From NCBI GenBank assembly GCA_002389645.1, contig DGQE01000039.1:21893-53892 (forward strand): a stretch of DNA of 32,000 nt. The letters are read 5' to 3'. Origin of the DNA: Flavobacteriales bacterium UBA4422 (lineage in GTDB: Bacteria > Bacteroidota > Bacteroidia > Flavobacteriales_G > Salibacteraceae). The notes under the pieces are model-generated. The model was not told the DNA's origin. It ran no database searches and was given only the letters and a program-made list of their open reading frames with translations. A program made the position numbers and the translations under genes. Of the stretch, positions 16,958 through 26,268 are shown piece after piece (the stretch's first letter is position 1; every line of letters starts with the position of its first letter).

Positions 16958-17917
16958 TTGCACGAAATAATTATTCTTTTTGAGGACATCCATCCGTTAG
17001 ACCTGTTGGGTGTAAACAACGCTAACCTTCAGATTATTCGAAAGCATTTCTCAACGCTCAAATTAATTGCCCGAGGCGATCAGCTGAAGGTTTTAGGTAC
17101 TGAAGAAGAGCTTGCTGTATTTGAAAAGAAGTGGAAAGAGTTGGTGGCATTTTTGAATCAGTACAATCGTTTGGATGTGTCTGATGTAAAGAATATCATT
17201 AATTCTGATAACCCGGAGATTAAAGGTGATGCTTCAGTTTTGCTTTATGGCAATAACGGAAAGGTGATCAAAGCACGCACACCCAATCAGCTTGAGATGG
17301 TAAACTTGATGAAAGACAACGATATGTTGTTTGCCATTGGTCCAGCTGGAACAGGAAAGACTTACACAGCAGTGGCCTTAGCCGTAAAAGCACTGAAAGA
17401 AAAAGAAGTACAGCGCATTATTTTAACTCGACCAGCAGTAGAAGCAGGCGAAAGTTTGGGCTTTTTACCTGGCGATTTGAAAGAGAAGATGGATCCATAC
17501 TTACGTCCATTGTATGATGCCTTGTTTGATATGATTCCACATGATAAGTTGGCGAAACACTTAGAGCGTGGAGTGATTGAAATTGCACCACTTGGGTTTA
17601 TGCGAGGACGAACATTGGCGAATGCCTTTGTGATTTTGGATGAAGCGCAGAATACGAGTGAAAACCAAATGCGCATGTTCTTAACACGAATGGGGCGCGG
17701 TTCAAAGTTTATCATTACAGGAGATTCTACTCAAATAGATTTACCAAAGCACGTGAAGAGTGGATTGCTGCAGTCTGTAGCGCTGTTAGAAAAGATAAAA
17801 GGAGTAGCCACCATCAAACTAGATAAACGCGATGTGGTAAGACATCGTCTTGTGGAGAATATAATTGACAGTTATGAAAAGGCTGATGCTGCCCAAGCAA
17901 AGATTAAAGACCGATAG
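16958..17917 (+). CDS. phoH: PhoH-family ATPase
   Basis: Walker A is GPAGTGKTY and Walker B is VILDEAQN, followed by ITGDSTQIDLP. It uses a TTG start and a TAG stop. Confidence 0.9.
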   Translation: MHEIIILFEDIHPLDLLGVNNANLQIIRKHFSTLKLIARGDQLKVLGTEEELAVFEKKWKELVAFLNQYNRLDVSDVKNIINSDNPEIKGDASVLLYGNNGKVIKARTPNQLEMVNLMKDNDMLFAIGPAGTGKTYTAVALAVKALKEKEVQRIILTRPAVEAGESLGFLPGDLKEKMDPYLRPLYDALFDMIPHDKLAKHLERGVIEIAPLGFMRGRTLANAFVILDEAQNTSENQMRMFLTRMGRGSKFIITGDSTQIDLPKHVKSGLLQSVALLEKIKGVATIKLDKRDVVRHRLVENIIDSYEKADAAQAKIKDR

Positions 17918-17929
17918 AAATAGAAGAAA

Positions 17930-18883
17930 ATGGCTGAAGCATTAAAAGAGACGAATTTTCATTTCCCGCATCAAACGAAGATGTATCGTGGAAAAGTACG
18001 TGATGTATATCATATTGGAGACAAATATTTGGTAATGGTTGCCAGCGATCGTATATCTGCGTTTGATCATGTGCTGCCAAAGGGAATTCCCTTTAAAGGA
18101 CAAGTATTGAATCAATTGGCTGCCCGGTTTTTAGATGCTACTAATGATATTGTGTCTAATTGGTTGATTGCTACTCCAGATCCTAATGTGACAATTGGGG
18201 TAAAGTGTGAACCAGTGAAAATTGAAATGGTAATCCGCGGATACTTGAGTGGGCACGCTTGGAGAGAATACCGATCAGGTAAGCGCATGATTTGTGGAGT
18301 GTCGATGCCAGAAGGTATGAAAGAGAGTGATGCTTTTCCAGAACCAATTATAACTCCTGCCACAAAGGCAGACGAAGGACATGATGAAGATATTTCTCGT
18401 GAAGAAATTATCAAGCAAGGTATTGTTGAAGAATCGGTATACCTGAAGTTGGAAGATTATACCCGCAGAATATACCGCAGAGGCTGTGAAATAGCGGCTG
18501 AACGGGGATTGATCTTAGTAGACACGAAATATGAATTCGGAATTGATGGTGATGGTGAGATTCGATTGATTGATGAAATTCATACGCCAGATTCATCACG
18601 TTATTTTTATGCAGAAGGCTTTGAAGAGCGTCAGTCTAGTGGAGAAGATCAGAAGCAATTGAGTAAAGAGTTCGTGCGCCAATGGCTAATTGAAAACAGT
18701 TTCCAAGGATTAGATGGTCAAACCATGCCGGAGATGCCGGATGAGTTTGTACAAACAGTGAGTGAGCGTTACATTGAGCTTTATGAGAAGATAACAGGAG
18801 ACAAGTTTTATGAGGCGGACACAGATCGTATCAACACTCGTGTAGAATCAAATATCATGTCTTGGATTCAAGACAATATGTAA
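17930..18883 (+). CDS. purC: Phosphoribosylaminoimidazole-succinocarboxamide (SAICAR) synthase
   Basis: The motifs [18 protein letters not shown] and [11 protein letters not shown] are seen. The 317-aa length fits the long form of the enzyme. Confidence 0.9.
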   Translation: MAEALKETNFHFPHQTKMYRGKVRDVYHIGDKYLVMVASDRISAFDHVLPKGIPFKGQVLNQLAARFLDATNDIVSNWLIATPDPNVTIGVKCEPVKIEMVIRGYLSGHAWREYRSGKRMICGVSMPEGMKESDAFPEPIITPATKADEGHDEDISREEIIKQGIVEESVYLKLEDYTRRIYRRGCEIAAERGLILVDTKYEFGIDGDGEIRLIDEIHTPDSSRYFYAEGFEERQSSGEDQKQLSKEFVRQWLIENSFQGLDGQTMPEMPDEFVQTVSERYIELYEKITGDKFYEADTDRINTRVESNIMSWIQDNM

Positions 18884-18885
18884 GC

Positions 18886-19386
18886 TTATTCTGCGCTTGT
18901 TTTGATTTCTTGGAAATAGCTCTTTGTATAGTCTTTATCGTAGATAAATTCTTTTTTCTTCTTGTCAAAAGATATTAGTGCTGAAGGATATTCGCTTAAA
19001 TAAGGGTCGTACTTTTCTTCCTCCTTAGATGTCATTCCGATGTCAAATCCAAATTTGCTGAAATCGTTGTAATAAGCTGGAAGTTTTGTGTTTACAGAAA
19101 TACGCTTGTCGTAATAACCCTTGTGCGATAGTTGAATGGTGTATAGATAGTTGTTGTATAAAGTGAACTTAAACTTGCCATTTTTCTTGGTCTCTGTCTC
19201 GTGCACAAGGTTATTGCCTTCAAAAAGCTGAGCTAGCACGCCCTCCATTGATCCATCTGAGTTTGAAATAACACCTCCAATTTCTAGTGCTTCAAATACT
19301 TCGACTGCCGATGTGTCTTGCGCCATCATTGGCATGCTCATTGAACACAGAAGTGCAATTGGAAATAAAAAGGATAAAACTTTCAT
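18886..19386 (-). CDS. Hypothetical secreted protein (166 aa)
   Basis: The signal peptide is MKVLSFLFPIALLCSMSMPMMAQ. A beta-sandwich-like segment (GKFKFTLYNNYLYTIQLSHKGYY) is reminiscent of carboxypeptidase-regulatory-like domains. No firm assignment is possible. Confidence 0.5.
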   Translation of the reverse strand: MKVLSFLFPIALLCSMSMPMMAQDTSAVEVFEALEIGGVISNSDGSMEGVLAQLFEGNNLVHETETKKNGKFKFTLYNNYLYTIQLSHKGYYDKRISVNTKLPAYYNDFSKFGFDIGMTSKEEEKYDPYLSEYPSALISFDKKKKEFIYDKDYTKSYFQEIKTSAE

Positions 19387-19540
19387 ATGCGGGAGGGTTT
19401 ATCTTAGTTGTGTCTAAATTCAACAAAAAATCAATAAGAATTTAAAATATAGCCTCACAATTTCAACATTCATTGTTGGATTACTCTGGATTGTATTTGG
19501 AATAGACTACCTAACGCTTGCAGATTTACGTTCATTTGGC

Positions 19541-20125
19541 TTGAGGCCTAGAGAATTAGGTGGGCTAATTGGAATTCTCACTTACCCTTTACTGCATGCC
19601 GATTGGAAGCATATTACGGATAATTCGGTTTCTGCATTTGTTTTGCTTTTGGGGCTTTTTAGTTTCTATGGTAGAGTAGGCTGGGCTGTAGTAGGTTGGA
19701 GTTGGATGATGAGTGGGTTATGGATTTGGATAGCAGCAAGAGGAGGAAACCATATTGGCTTCAGTGGAGTTATCTATGCTTTAGCAGCATTCATATTTTT
19801 CTCAGGTGTAATCAGAAGGCATTATCGATTAATGTCACTATCGTTGGTTGTGGTTTTCTTGTACGGATCTATGATTTGGGGTGTATTACCGATTCAACCC
19901 GGTATTTCTTGGGAAGGCCATTTGTTTGGAGCAATTGCAGGAATAATCCTTGCCTATTATTACCGTAATGATGGACCTCAGCGTCCGAAGTATAGCTGGG
20001 AGTTAGAGGAAGAAGAATTGGAAGATCCGTGGGAAGAAGAAATAGAATACGAGGAGATTGAAAAACCGGAATCGGAAGAAAATGCTCCTCGAGTAGTATA
20101 TACATTTAAGAAAAAAGAGGAATAG
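19541..20125 (+). CDS. Rhomboid-family intramembrane serine protease (5' end unresolved)
   Basis: The catalytic GFSGVIYA (GxSG) and the HLFGAIAG His are present, together with HxxxN (HITDN). The frame is open upstream to 19418 and encodes a plausible TM1 (LTISTFIVGLLWIVFGIDYL), but it has no canonical in-frame start before the TTG at 19541. Confidence 0.75.
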   Translation: MRPRELGGLIGILTYPLLHADWKHITDNSVSAFVLLLGLFSFYGRVGWAVVGWSWMMSGLWIWIAARGGNHIGFSGVIYALAAFIFFSGVIRRHYRLMSLSLVVVFLYGSMIWGVLPIQPGISWEGHLFGAIAGIILAYYYRNDGPQRPKYSWELEEEELEDPWEEEIEYEEIEKPESEENAPRVVYTFKKKEE

Positions 20126-20129
20126 GAGA

Positions 20130-21371
20130 CTATTCTAAAACCTTGAAGCTTCGCTCAATAGAGCCATTATTAAAATGGTAAATCAACAATTGACCGTTTT
20201 GTGCTTTTACTTTTCGTCCTAGCATATCATAAACTTCAACAACTTTCTTTGGCTGAGATGGAGGCTGCGGATGAACAGATAAGACGGATTCACAGGTCCT
20301 GCAATCCTTCCAGCAAACCGTATCCAAAACAATAACATCAGAGTCATCATTTACGATTAGGCCGTAATTCAACCACTCATCGCATGGATTAAAATCACAA
20401 GAGCTTCCTTCTGGTGCACCGCCATTTTCTTCCCAAAAGTTTTTGGTGAAGAGGTATTCATATTTGCCAGGAAGAAGCGACAGCGTGGTCGACCAAATAT
20501 CCCCATCTTTAGACATGGGCGCGCATGTTCCGCACCATTCATTGAAACCTCCGTTGAGGTAAATGACATCTGAAGCATCCATTGCTTCAAGAGACATATC
20601 CACTGTAAACGTTACATCAACAGTTGATTGATTAGAGTCAGGCTCCAAAATACTTAGTATTAATAACCCATTCTCTACGGCTACTCCTGACGGAGTGAAA
20701 GTGCAGAAATTACCACTGAACCCACCAAACTCCTCAATATTCCAAAGGCTTTCGTCAAAGCTGTCAAAGGAATCTTCCCACCTGAAAGTAAAGTTGTTGT
20801 TGGTGCCAATATTTCCTTCTCCGGGAGTGTATTCGTAATAGCGCACAAAGTCATAGTATGAACTCACTGGCATGATAGATGGATCCCAAATTCCTGCCCA
20901 ACTTTCATTATCTACTGCCCACAGGTTCATCAATAGTCGCATAGGGTGAATAAGTCCATCAACAAAAGCTTGGTCTTGCACATAGGCTAGTTCACCGTCA
21001 ACGAACCATCGCACGATGCCTGGTTCCCATTCAATGATGTAATTGTGAAGGCTATCGTGCGGATTGAATCCAGGGTCAAATGTGCTTGTATAGTATATTG
21101 GTCCAGGGTAGTGCGTTGTGAAAAGTACGTTTTCACTGTTGCCCGTCATTTCTATGTCAATTTCATTGTTCTCTTCAGGCCAGTTACAACCAAGGTCTAG
21201 GTTGTAAAGAAAAAAGGATGAAATTACACCAGCGCCAGCAGCTGATTGCATTGATACTTCAAACCTACCATACAGAAAAGCCTCGTTGGTACGAATATTT
21301 CCACCAACACATTCTTGACTCTGCGAATGATTCGCAAAAAGAAGAAAAATAAGAAGTAGTGCATTTTTCAT
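20130..21371 (-). CDS. Secreted GH16 beta-glucanase (lichenase/laminarinase-like) with a CBM-like middle domain and a T9SS-type C-terminal sorting tail
   Basis: A signal peptide is present. The GH16 catalytic motif EIDIEM lies in a VISSFFLYN...WPEENNEIDIEMTG context similar to Bacillus lichenases. The middle domain reads VTFTVDM...VIYLNGGFNEW...GDIWSTTLSLLPGKYEYLF. The C-terminus reads VVEVYDMLGRKV... Confidence 0.8.
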   Translation of the reverse strand: MKNALLLIFLLFANHSQSQECVGGNIRTNEAFLYGRFEVSMQSAAGAGVISSFFLYNLDLGCNWPEENNEIDIEMTGNSENVLFTTHYPGPIYYTSTFDPGFNPHDSLHNYIIEWEPGIVRWFVDGELAYVQDQAFVDGLIHPMRLLMNLWAVDNESWAGIWDPSIMPVSSYYDFVRYYEYTPGEGNIGTNNNFTFRWEDSFDSFDESLWNIEEFGGFSGNFCTFTPSGVAVENGLLILSILEPDSNQSTVDVTFTVDMSLEAMDASDVIYLNGGFNEWCGTCAPMSKDGDIWSTTLSLLPGKYEYLFTKNFWEENGGAPEGSSCDFNPCDEWLNYGLIVNDDSDVIVLDTVCWKDCRTCESVLSVHPQPPSQPKKVVEVYDMLGRKVKAQNGQLLIYHFNNGSIERSFKVLE

Positions 21372-21418
21372 ACCTGAAGGTTACATAGGTATGATTATTA
21401 AAAGAATTGGTTGAATGT

Positions 21419-22540
21419 TTATTGACTAAGCATTACAGGCATAACCAACATCACAATGTCTTCAGAATCATCCTTTTCAGAAGGAGAGAGAAGGCCAGCT
21501 CTATTAGGTGCACTCAATAACAACTTCACTTCGTCAGACTCAAGGTTGTTAAGCATCTCTATGATGAAACGGCTGTTGAATCCTATAGTGATGTCCTCAC
21601 CTTTATAGTTGCAGCTCAACCTTTCAGAAGCTTCGTTACTGTAATCTAAATCTTCAGCAGAAACTTGAAGGTCTCTTCCCTTTATCGCTAGACGCACTTG
21701 ATGCGTTGTTTTATTAGAGAAAATAGAAACCCTTCTGATACTGTTTAAGAACAACTGACGATCAATGAGCATCTCATTTGGATTCTCTTTTGGAATAACC
21801 GCATCATAGTTAGGATACTTACCATCAATCAATCGGCTCACCAATTTGTAGTTCTCAAAAGTGAATGAAGCATTCGTTTCGTTGTATTCAATCTCTACAT
21901 CCGTTGACATATTAGCCACCAACCCTTTGATCAAGTTCAATGGCTTCTTTGGCATAATAAAAGTGGCAGCTTTACCCGACTTACAATCGCTTCTTCTGTA
22001 CTTTACTAATTTGTGAGCATCGGTCGCTACGAAGGTGATTCCATCTTTTTCTAGAGAGAAAAACACTCCGCTCATTACTGGTCTTAGTTCATCGTTGCCT
22101 GTAGCGAAAACGGTCTTGTTGATCGCGTTGAATAGAATTCCACTGTCAAGCTTCAACGAAGAAGAAGACTCCATTTCTGGCAAACGAGGAAATTCATCTC
22201 CATTTGTTCCGGCCAATTTATACTTACCTGTATCAGAAGAAACTTCAATTCCGAAAGACTTAGCGTCAACAGAGAAGGTGAGTGGTTGGTCAGAGAATGT
22301 CTTGAGCATATCAAGAAGCAACTTTGCAGGAATACAAACCTTCATGTCATCATCAGCCTTATCAAGGTTGATCTCTGAAATCATAGTTGACTCCAAATCT
22401 GAACCGGAAACGGTCAATTTTTTATCTTTCACATCAAACAAGTAATAGCCTAGAATGGGCAAATTGCTGCTTGTGTTTAGAACTCCACTTATGGAGGTCA
22501 ATTGTTTCAATAAGTTACTGCTCGAAACGATGAATTTCAT
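21419..22540 (-). CDS. dnaN: DNA polymerase III beta sliding clamp
   Basis: The protein is 373 aa. The N-terminus MKFIVSSSNLLKQLTSISGV, the segment LRPVMSGVFF and the C-terminal VMLVMPVML are typical of DnaN. Confidence 0.95.
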   Translation of the reverse strand: MKFIVSSSNLLKQLTSISGVLNTSSNLPILGYYLFDVKDKKLTVSGSDLESTMISEINLDKADDDMKVCIPAKLLLDMLKTFSDQPLTFSVDAKSFGIEVSSDTGKYKLAGTNGDEFPRLPEMESSSSLKLDSGILFNAINKTVFATGNDELRPVMSGVFFSLEKDGITFVATDAHKLVKYRRSDCKSGKAATFIMPKKPLNLIKGLVANMSTDVEIEYNETNASFTFENYKLVSRLIDGKYPNYDAVIPKENPNEMLIDRQLFLNSIRRVSIFSNKTTHQVRLAIKGRDLQVSAEDLDYSNEASERLSCNYKGEDITIGFNSRFIIEMLNNLESDEVKLLLSAPNRAGLLSPSEKDDSEDIVMLVMPVMLSQ

Positions 22541-22589
22541 GCTAAAAGATTAAGGTTTGTGAGAAGGTTAGTGATCTTCTTAATGCAGA

Positions 22590-22597
22590 CAAATATA
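22590..22597 (-). promoter_or_regulatory. Candidate -7 box TATATTTG (minus strand) upstream of dnaN
   Basis: The plus-strand caaatata is an exact TAnnTTTG on the minus strand, about 50 nt upstream of the dnaN ATG. No clear -33 element was found. Confidence 0.35.
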
Positions 22598-22650
22598 GAG
22601 GTTATGCTAAAAGAAGTGCAGGGGTAATCCACACTAAACGAACTAAGTTT

Positions 22651-23649
22651 TTAACGGCTTTTGAAGAATGTTATTCCCTTGGTTAACTTATCGAAAATGG
22701 CATATTGACCAACAACAACTTCTCCTGAATCAATCCATAAATAAAGGCGGTCTAAGTCATATTCAATCTCATTACCAATAGGGTCATAACCATCTCTGAT
22801 TGGTTTTTTAAAAGCCGTTACATTTTTAGATATCCCTTTATTGTTAACAACGGTAACGGAAAAGATTGGGGAGCTCTGTTTTACACTGTCTATGAAATCT
22901 GCCGATTTGGTCTCTTCATAACTTTCATAATGCACTTGCTTATAATTGGCTAAGTAGGCACTTAGCATAAATGAATCAATAGCTAAAGCTGGTTGTAAAT
23001 CTTTTCCGGTTGAAACAGCAAAGCGCTGATTTCCCTCTGCATCAATCCTGAAGTTCTTTTCTTCTTCTCCATTGTACTCTACCAAAACACTCTCAATTTG
23101 AGAAGGTCTGTATTCAAAAATGCCCCGGTGTCGCCACTTCAGTTGATTGGTGAAAAACCGTGGGGTTAGAAACCCATGAAATCCTTCAATATGCATAAGA
23201 AACGGTCGTTGCGACCCTTTCATGAGCATATAAGTGCCACTGTGATCTTTGTCTGCGCCACCAACGTAAAAAGATTTTATCAAGCTATTATTATCGTATA
23301 GTTCAACCATGCAGTGGTTGGAAATTATGGTTTTTAGTATCGTGTTCATCTGTACTTGGCTAACAGGAGCCTTCACCGATACTTTATTTATAGTGGTTAA
23401 CAGAATCTGCACAGCATCTGGGCGCGCTTTATATTGATTGTCTAAAATCCATCCTTCATCAGAGCGCTGAAGGTCTATTACCTCGCCAGACTCATCCTTT
23501 AAAACGATGTGATCAATGGCAGCTGTATCTTGCACAGCGAAGTCAGATAGCTCTCCACTCATGGTATTAGTGGTGTCTTTCTTTGTAGCCCAAACCGCCA
23601 TTATGGTAAGCGCGATGAGAAGGATTATTCCTACTGCTAGCTTTTTCAT
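22651..23649 (-). CDS. DUF4340-like protein, third gene of the gldF-gldG operon
   Basis: It has an N-terminal anchor (MKKLAVGIILLIALTIMAVW), and its position directly after gldG matches the arrangement I recall for DUF4340. The ATG at 23649 is preferred over the track start at 23706, which would overlap gldG by 47 nt. Confidence 0.6.
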   Translation of the reverse strand: MKKLAVGIILLIALTIMAVWATKKDTTNTMSGELSDFAVQDTAAIDHIVLKDESGEVIDLQRSDEGWILDNQYKARPDAVQILLTTINKVSVKAPVSQVQMNTILKTIISNHCMVELYDNNSLIKSFYVGGADKDHSGTYMLMKGSQRPFLMHIEGFHGFLTPRFFTNQLKWRHRGIFEYRPSQIESVLVEYNGEEEKNFRIDAEGNQRFAVSTGKDLQPALAIDSFMLSAYLANYKQVHYESYEETKSADFIDSVKQSSPIFSVTVVNNKGISKNVTAFKKPIRDGYDPIGNEIEYDLDRLYLWIDSGEVVVGQYAIFDKLTKGITFFKSR

Positions 23650-23659
23650 TTTGTCATTT

Positions 23660-25372
23660 TTATCTAACGTAAATTCTTTTTCGCAAATACATTCTAACTG
23701 CCCCAAAAAGTAAAATTATTGCAATAGGAAATGCAGCATTTAACCCTTGCCAGTAAAATCGCTCCGAATCTATCTTGGCTTGGTCTAGTAGTCTTATCTT
23801 AAATTCTTTGGAGCGAATATTTAGTAACCCGCTGTCGTCCAGTAGATAGTTCATTGCATTCATCAAAAACTCTTTATTACCATATACTTCTTCGGTATAT
23901 TTATAGAAGCCTAGTGCGTAATAAACTTCTTCCTTTCTATTGACCTCGTTTGAAATGATGTTACCATCACTCAAAACGATCATTTTTGATTGTTCGCTTT
24001 CTTCTTTAAAAGAGATGCCGTCATCATCCAGAATTTTTTTGGGAAGTCTGTTTTTAAAAACAGAAGTAAACGTGCCTTCGAGCAGCATTCCAGCATGGTG
24101 AGGACCGGAGTTGTACATTTCGTAGCGTGGCTTCTCGCGCAGAATGTTGAAGCTTATTCTGGCTGGTGCATTAACAACACGAGATATTTCACTTGAACTG
24201 AGCAGAGGTGTTGCTTTAACTCCTTCAATATCTAGCGCCTCTAATGAACTAGTAAATTCACCTTTTATTCGCTCTAAGTTATTTGAAATGGGGCTGTTCG
24301 GATTGCCAATCAGCAATGGCATGTAATACCAAGGAAACATTTCATAGTTCGGCTGATTTCCAACCATACCAGTTACAATTGGAATTGGCAATGCCTCCAA
24401 ATCCATGATTAAATCGTTATTCAATCGAATACCGTATTTAAATAGTTGATCGGTCAAGTTATGCTCCAGAACAAGGCCCATCGTGAATTGACTTTGCTTT
24501 AGGCTATCCATGCGTGCAAATACAGGATCGATACACCAAAGAACTTTTCCACCATGCATAATATACTGGTCAATGATGAATTTGTCCTTTTCACTGTAAG
24601 CGCTGTCTGGTCTTGCTATTATGATGGCATCTAAACCATCCAAAGCGCCAATTTTTTCATCAATAGTAATACGTTCAACTGAGTAGAATTCAGACAAAGC
24701 TTTTTCAGCATCAGCAGTAGCTAGTTTATCCAATTCACCATGCCCTTCAATGAAGGCCACGCGCTTCATTTCTTGATTAGAAAGCTTTTTTAAAGCACTC
24801 ATAAACTCGTACTCTAATTGCTGAACAGAAGACGCAATCATTTCTTGCTGTGAGGTTCCTTTTTGACCCTTCAACAGTTGAATGGGAGTTTCCTTTCCAT
24901 TGAATGTCAGCACTGCGCCAGGGAAAATGATTTGTTCTGACATTTTATCGCCTGTGCGCATGCGGATATTTGTATACTGAAGCCCTTGACGGGTTAATTC
25001 CTGATAAACTTCAACGCGTTCCTCTTCATTTGGACTGGCCGAAGGGTTTATGAACTCATATTCAAGGTTAACTCCAGCGTAAGCCCTTAATTCATCTAAC
25101 GTTTCTTTGGTTGCATCTCTCAATTCACGAAACTCTGTGGGTAGGTTTCCTTCCAAGTAAACACGAACGAAAACAATATCTTCTAAATTCTCAAGATTCT
25201 TTATCGTAGCACCAGAAAGAGTGTAGCGCTTTTCTGCAGTAAGATCGATTCTCTCAAAGAAAAATGACCCTACATAGTTCAGTAGGATTATCCCAACTAA
25301 AGCAACTATTAACGTGCCAATGTCAATCCACTTTTTTCCTTTAATTGATTTATTTACTGACGTTTCTACCAT
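23660..25372 (-). CDS. gldG: Gliding-motility-associated ABC transporter accessory protein GldG
   Basis: The protein is 570 aa with N- and C-terminal TM anchors. The segment FFFERIDLTAEKRYTLS is typical of GldG. It follows and overlaps gldF by 7 nt. Confidence 0.8.
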   Translation of the reverse strand: MVETSVNKSIKGKKWIDIGTLIVALVGIILLNYVGSFFFERIDLTAEKRYTLSGATIKNLENLEDIVFVRVYLEGNLPTEFRELRDATKETLDELRAYAGVNLEYEFINPSASPNEEERVEVYQELTRQGLQYTNIRMRTGDKMSEQIIFPGAVLTFNGKETPIQLLKGQKGTSQQEMIASSVQQLEYEFMSALKKLSNQEMKRVAFIEGHGELDKLATADAEKALSEFYSVERITIDEKIGALDGLDAIIIARPDSAYSEKDKFIIDQYIMHGGKVLWCIDPVFARMDSLKQSQFTMGLVLEHNLTDQLFKYGIRLNNDLIMDLEALPIPIVTGMVGNQPNYEMFPWYYMPLLIGNPNSPISNNLERIKGEFTSSLEALDIEGVKATPLLSSSEISRVVNAPARISFNILREKPRYEMYNSGPHHAGMLLEGTFTSVFKNRLPKKILDDDGISFKEESEQSKMIVLSDGNIISNEVNRKEEVYYALGFYKYTEEVYGNKEFLMNAMNYLLDDSGLLNIRSKEFKIRLLDQAKIDSERFYWQGLNAAFPIAIILLFGAVRMYLRKRIYVR

Positions 25373-26097
25373 TTTCTGCTTTCTAATCGAGTTTTACTAA
25401 AAAGGAGAAATACGCCAATTAGGCTAAAGAAATACAAAAGGTCTCGGGTATCAACTACACCACGACTCATCGAGATGTAATGCTCATTGATTCCAAGGTT
25501 GATGAAAATTTGTTCTGCGGCACCCATCGGGATAAAGCCACTCACTGAGTCAAAACCTATAAACATGAAGAAGCTTAAGAATACGGCAACAATGAATGAT
25601 ACGATTTGATTGTTAGTGGTAGATGAAGCAAAAAGTCCAATCGCTACATACGCGCCAGATAGAAAGATCAATCCGATATACGATCCAGCTATGCCTCCTA
25701 TGTCTAGGTTTCCTTCTGGACTTCCCAGCTTGTAAACAGAGTAGAAGTAGATAAGCGTTGGAATGATGGCAATAACAGTGAGTATCCAACCAGCTAAAAA
25801 TTTAGCACCTATGATTTGCCAATCGGTAAGTGGTTTTGTCATTAACATTTCCATTGTTCCAGTGCGGTATTCTTCCGCAAACAGTCGCATGGTAACGGCA
25901 GGACACAGAAAAAGAAAAACCCAAGGACCTAGTGTGAATAGAGCATCTAGATTGGCATAGCCACTATTGAGCACGTTAATGTCAATTGGAAAGACCCACA
26001 TGAATAGACCTACTGCGGTTAAGAAAACAGCAATGACTAAGTAGCCTATCAATGACGATAAAAAATCACTTATTTCTTTTCTTAATAGACTGAGCAC
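25366..26097 (-). CDS. gldF: Gliding-motility-associated ABC transporter permease GldF (ABC-2 type)
   Basis: It is a 243-aa protein with six TM spans. MLSLLRKEISDFLSSLIGYLVIAVFL resembles GldF N-termini. It uses a GTG start. Confidence 0.8.
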   Translation of the reverse strand: MLSLLRKEISDFLSSLIGYLVIAVFLTAVGLFMWVFPIDINVLNSGYANLDALFTLGPWVFLFLCPAVTMRLFAEEYRTGTMEMLMTKPLTDWQIIGAKFLAGWILTVIAIIPTLIYFYSVYKLGSPEGNLDIGGIAGSYIGLIFLSGAYVAIGLFASSTTNNQIVSFIVAVFLSFFMFIGFDSVSGFIPMGAAEQIFINLGINEHYISMSRGVVDTRDLLYFFSLIGVFLLFSKTRLESRKW

Positions 26098-26126
26098 TTA
26101 TAATGATTGATTTTTCAAGAGAGGGT

Positions 26127-26134
26127 CAAATATA
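26127..26134 (-). promoter_or_regulatory. Candidate -7 box TATATTTG (minus strand) for gldF
   Basis: The plus-strand caaatata lies 30 nt upstream of the gldF GTG and is an exact TAnnTTTG match. Confidence 0.35.
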
Positions 26135-26268
26135 AGAGCCTTACCATCTATATAAAGTGAAAATGAGTTATTGGTTTTGAACCATTCATTGTGATTAGCA
26201 TATAATATGCTTTAAGTGAGATATTCTGGGTTTTCGAACCTACATTCGCCGACTTATTTTTTCTGAGA

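Noticed and set aside
22625-22633. A DnaA-box-like 9-mer, TAATCCACA, upstream of dnaN that might hint at an origin of replication.
   Set aside because: It is a single copy with one mismatch to TTATCCACA. By a rough estimate, several such near-matches are expected by chance in 32 kb. There is no cluster of boxes, no dnaA gene and no AT-rich unwinding element.
26098-26268. A possible lysine riboswitch or attenuator in the lysC leader. The region includes the palindrome AGCATATAATATGCT (26197-26211) and two small GGTTTTGAACC / GGTTTTCGAACC hairpins.
   Set aside because: I cannot recognise the conserved L-box core, and no terminator-like T-run follows the hairpins. The short AT-rich palindrome could be chance. 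An Rfam scan would settle the question.
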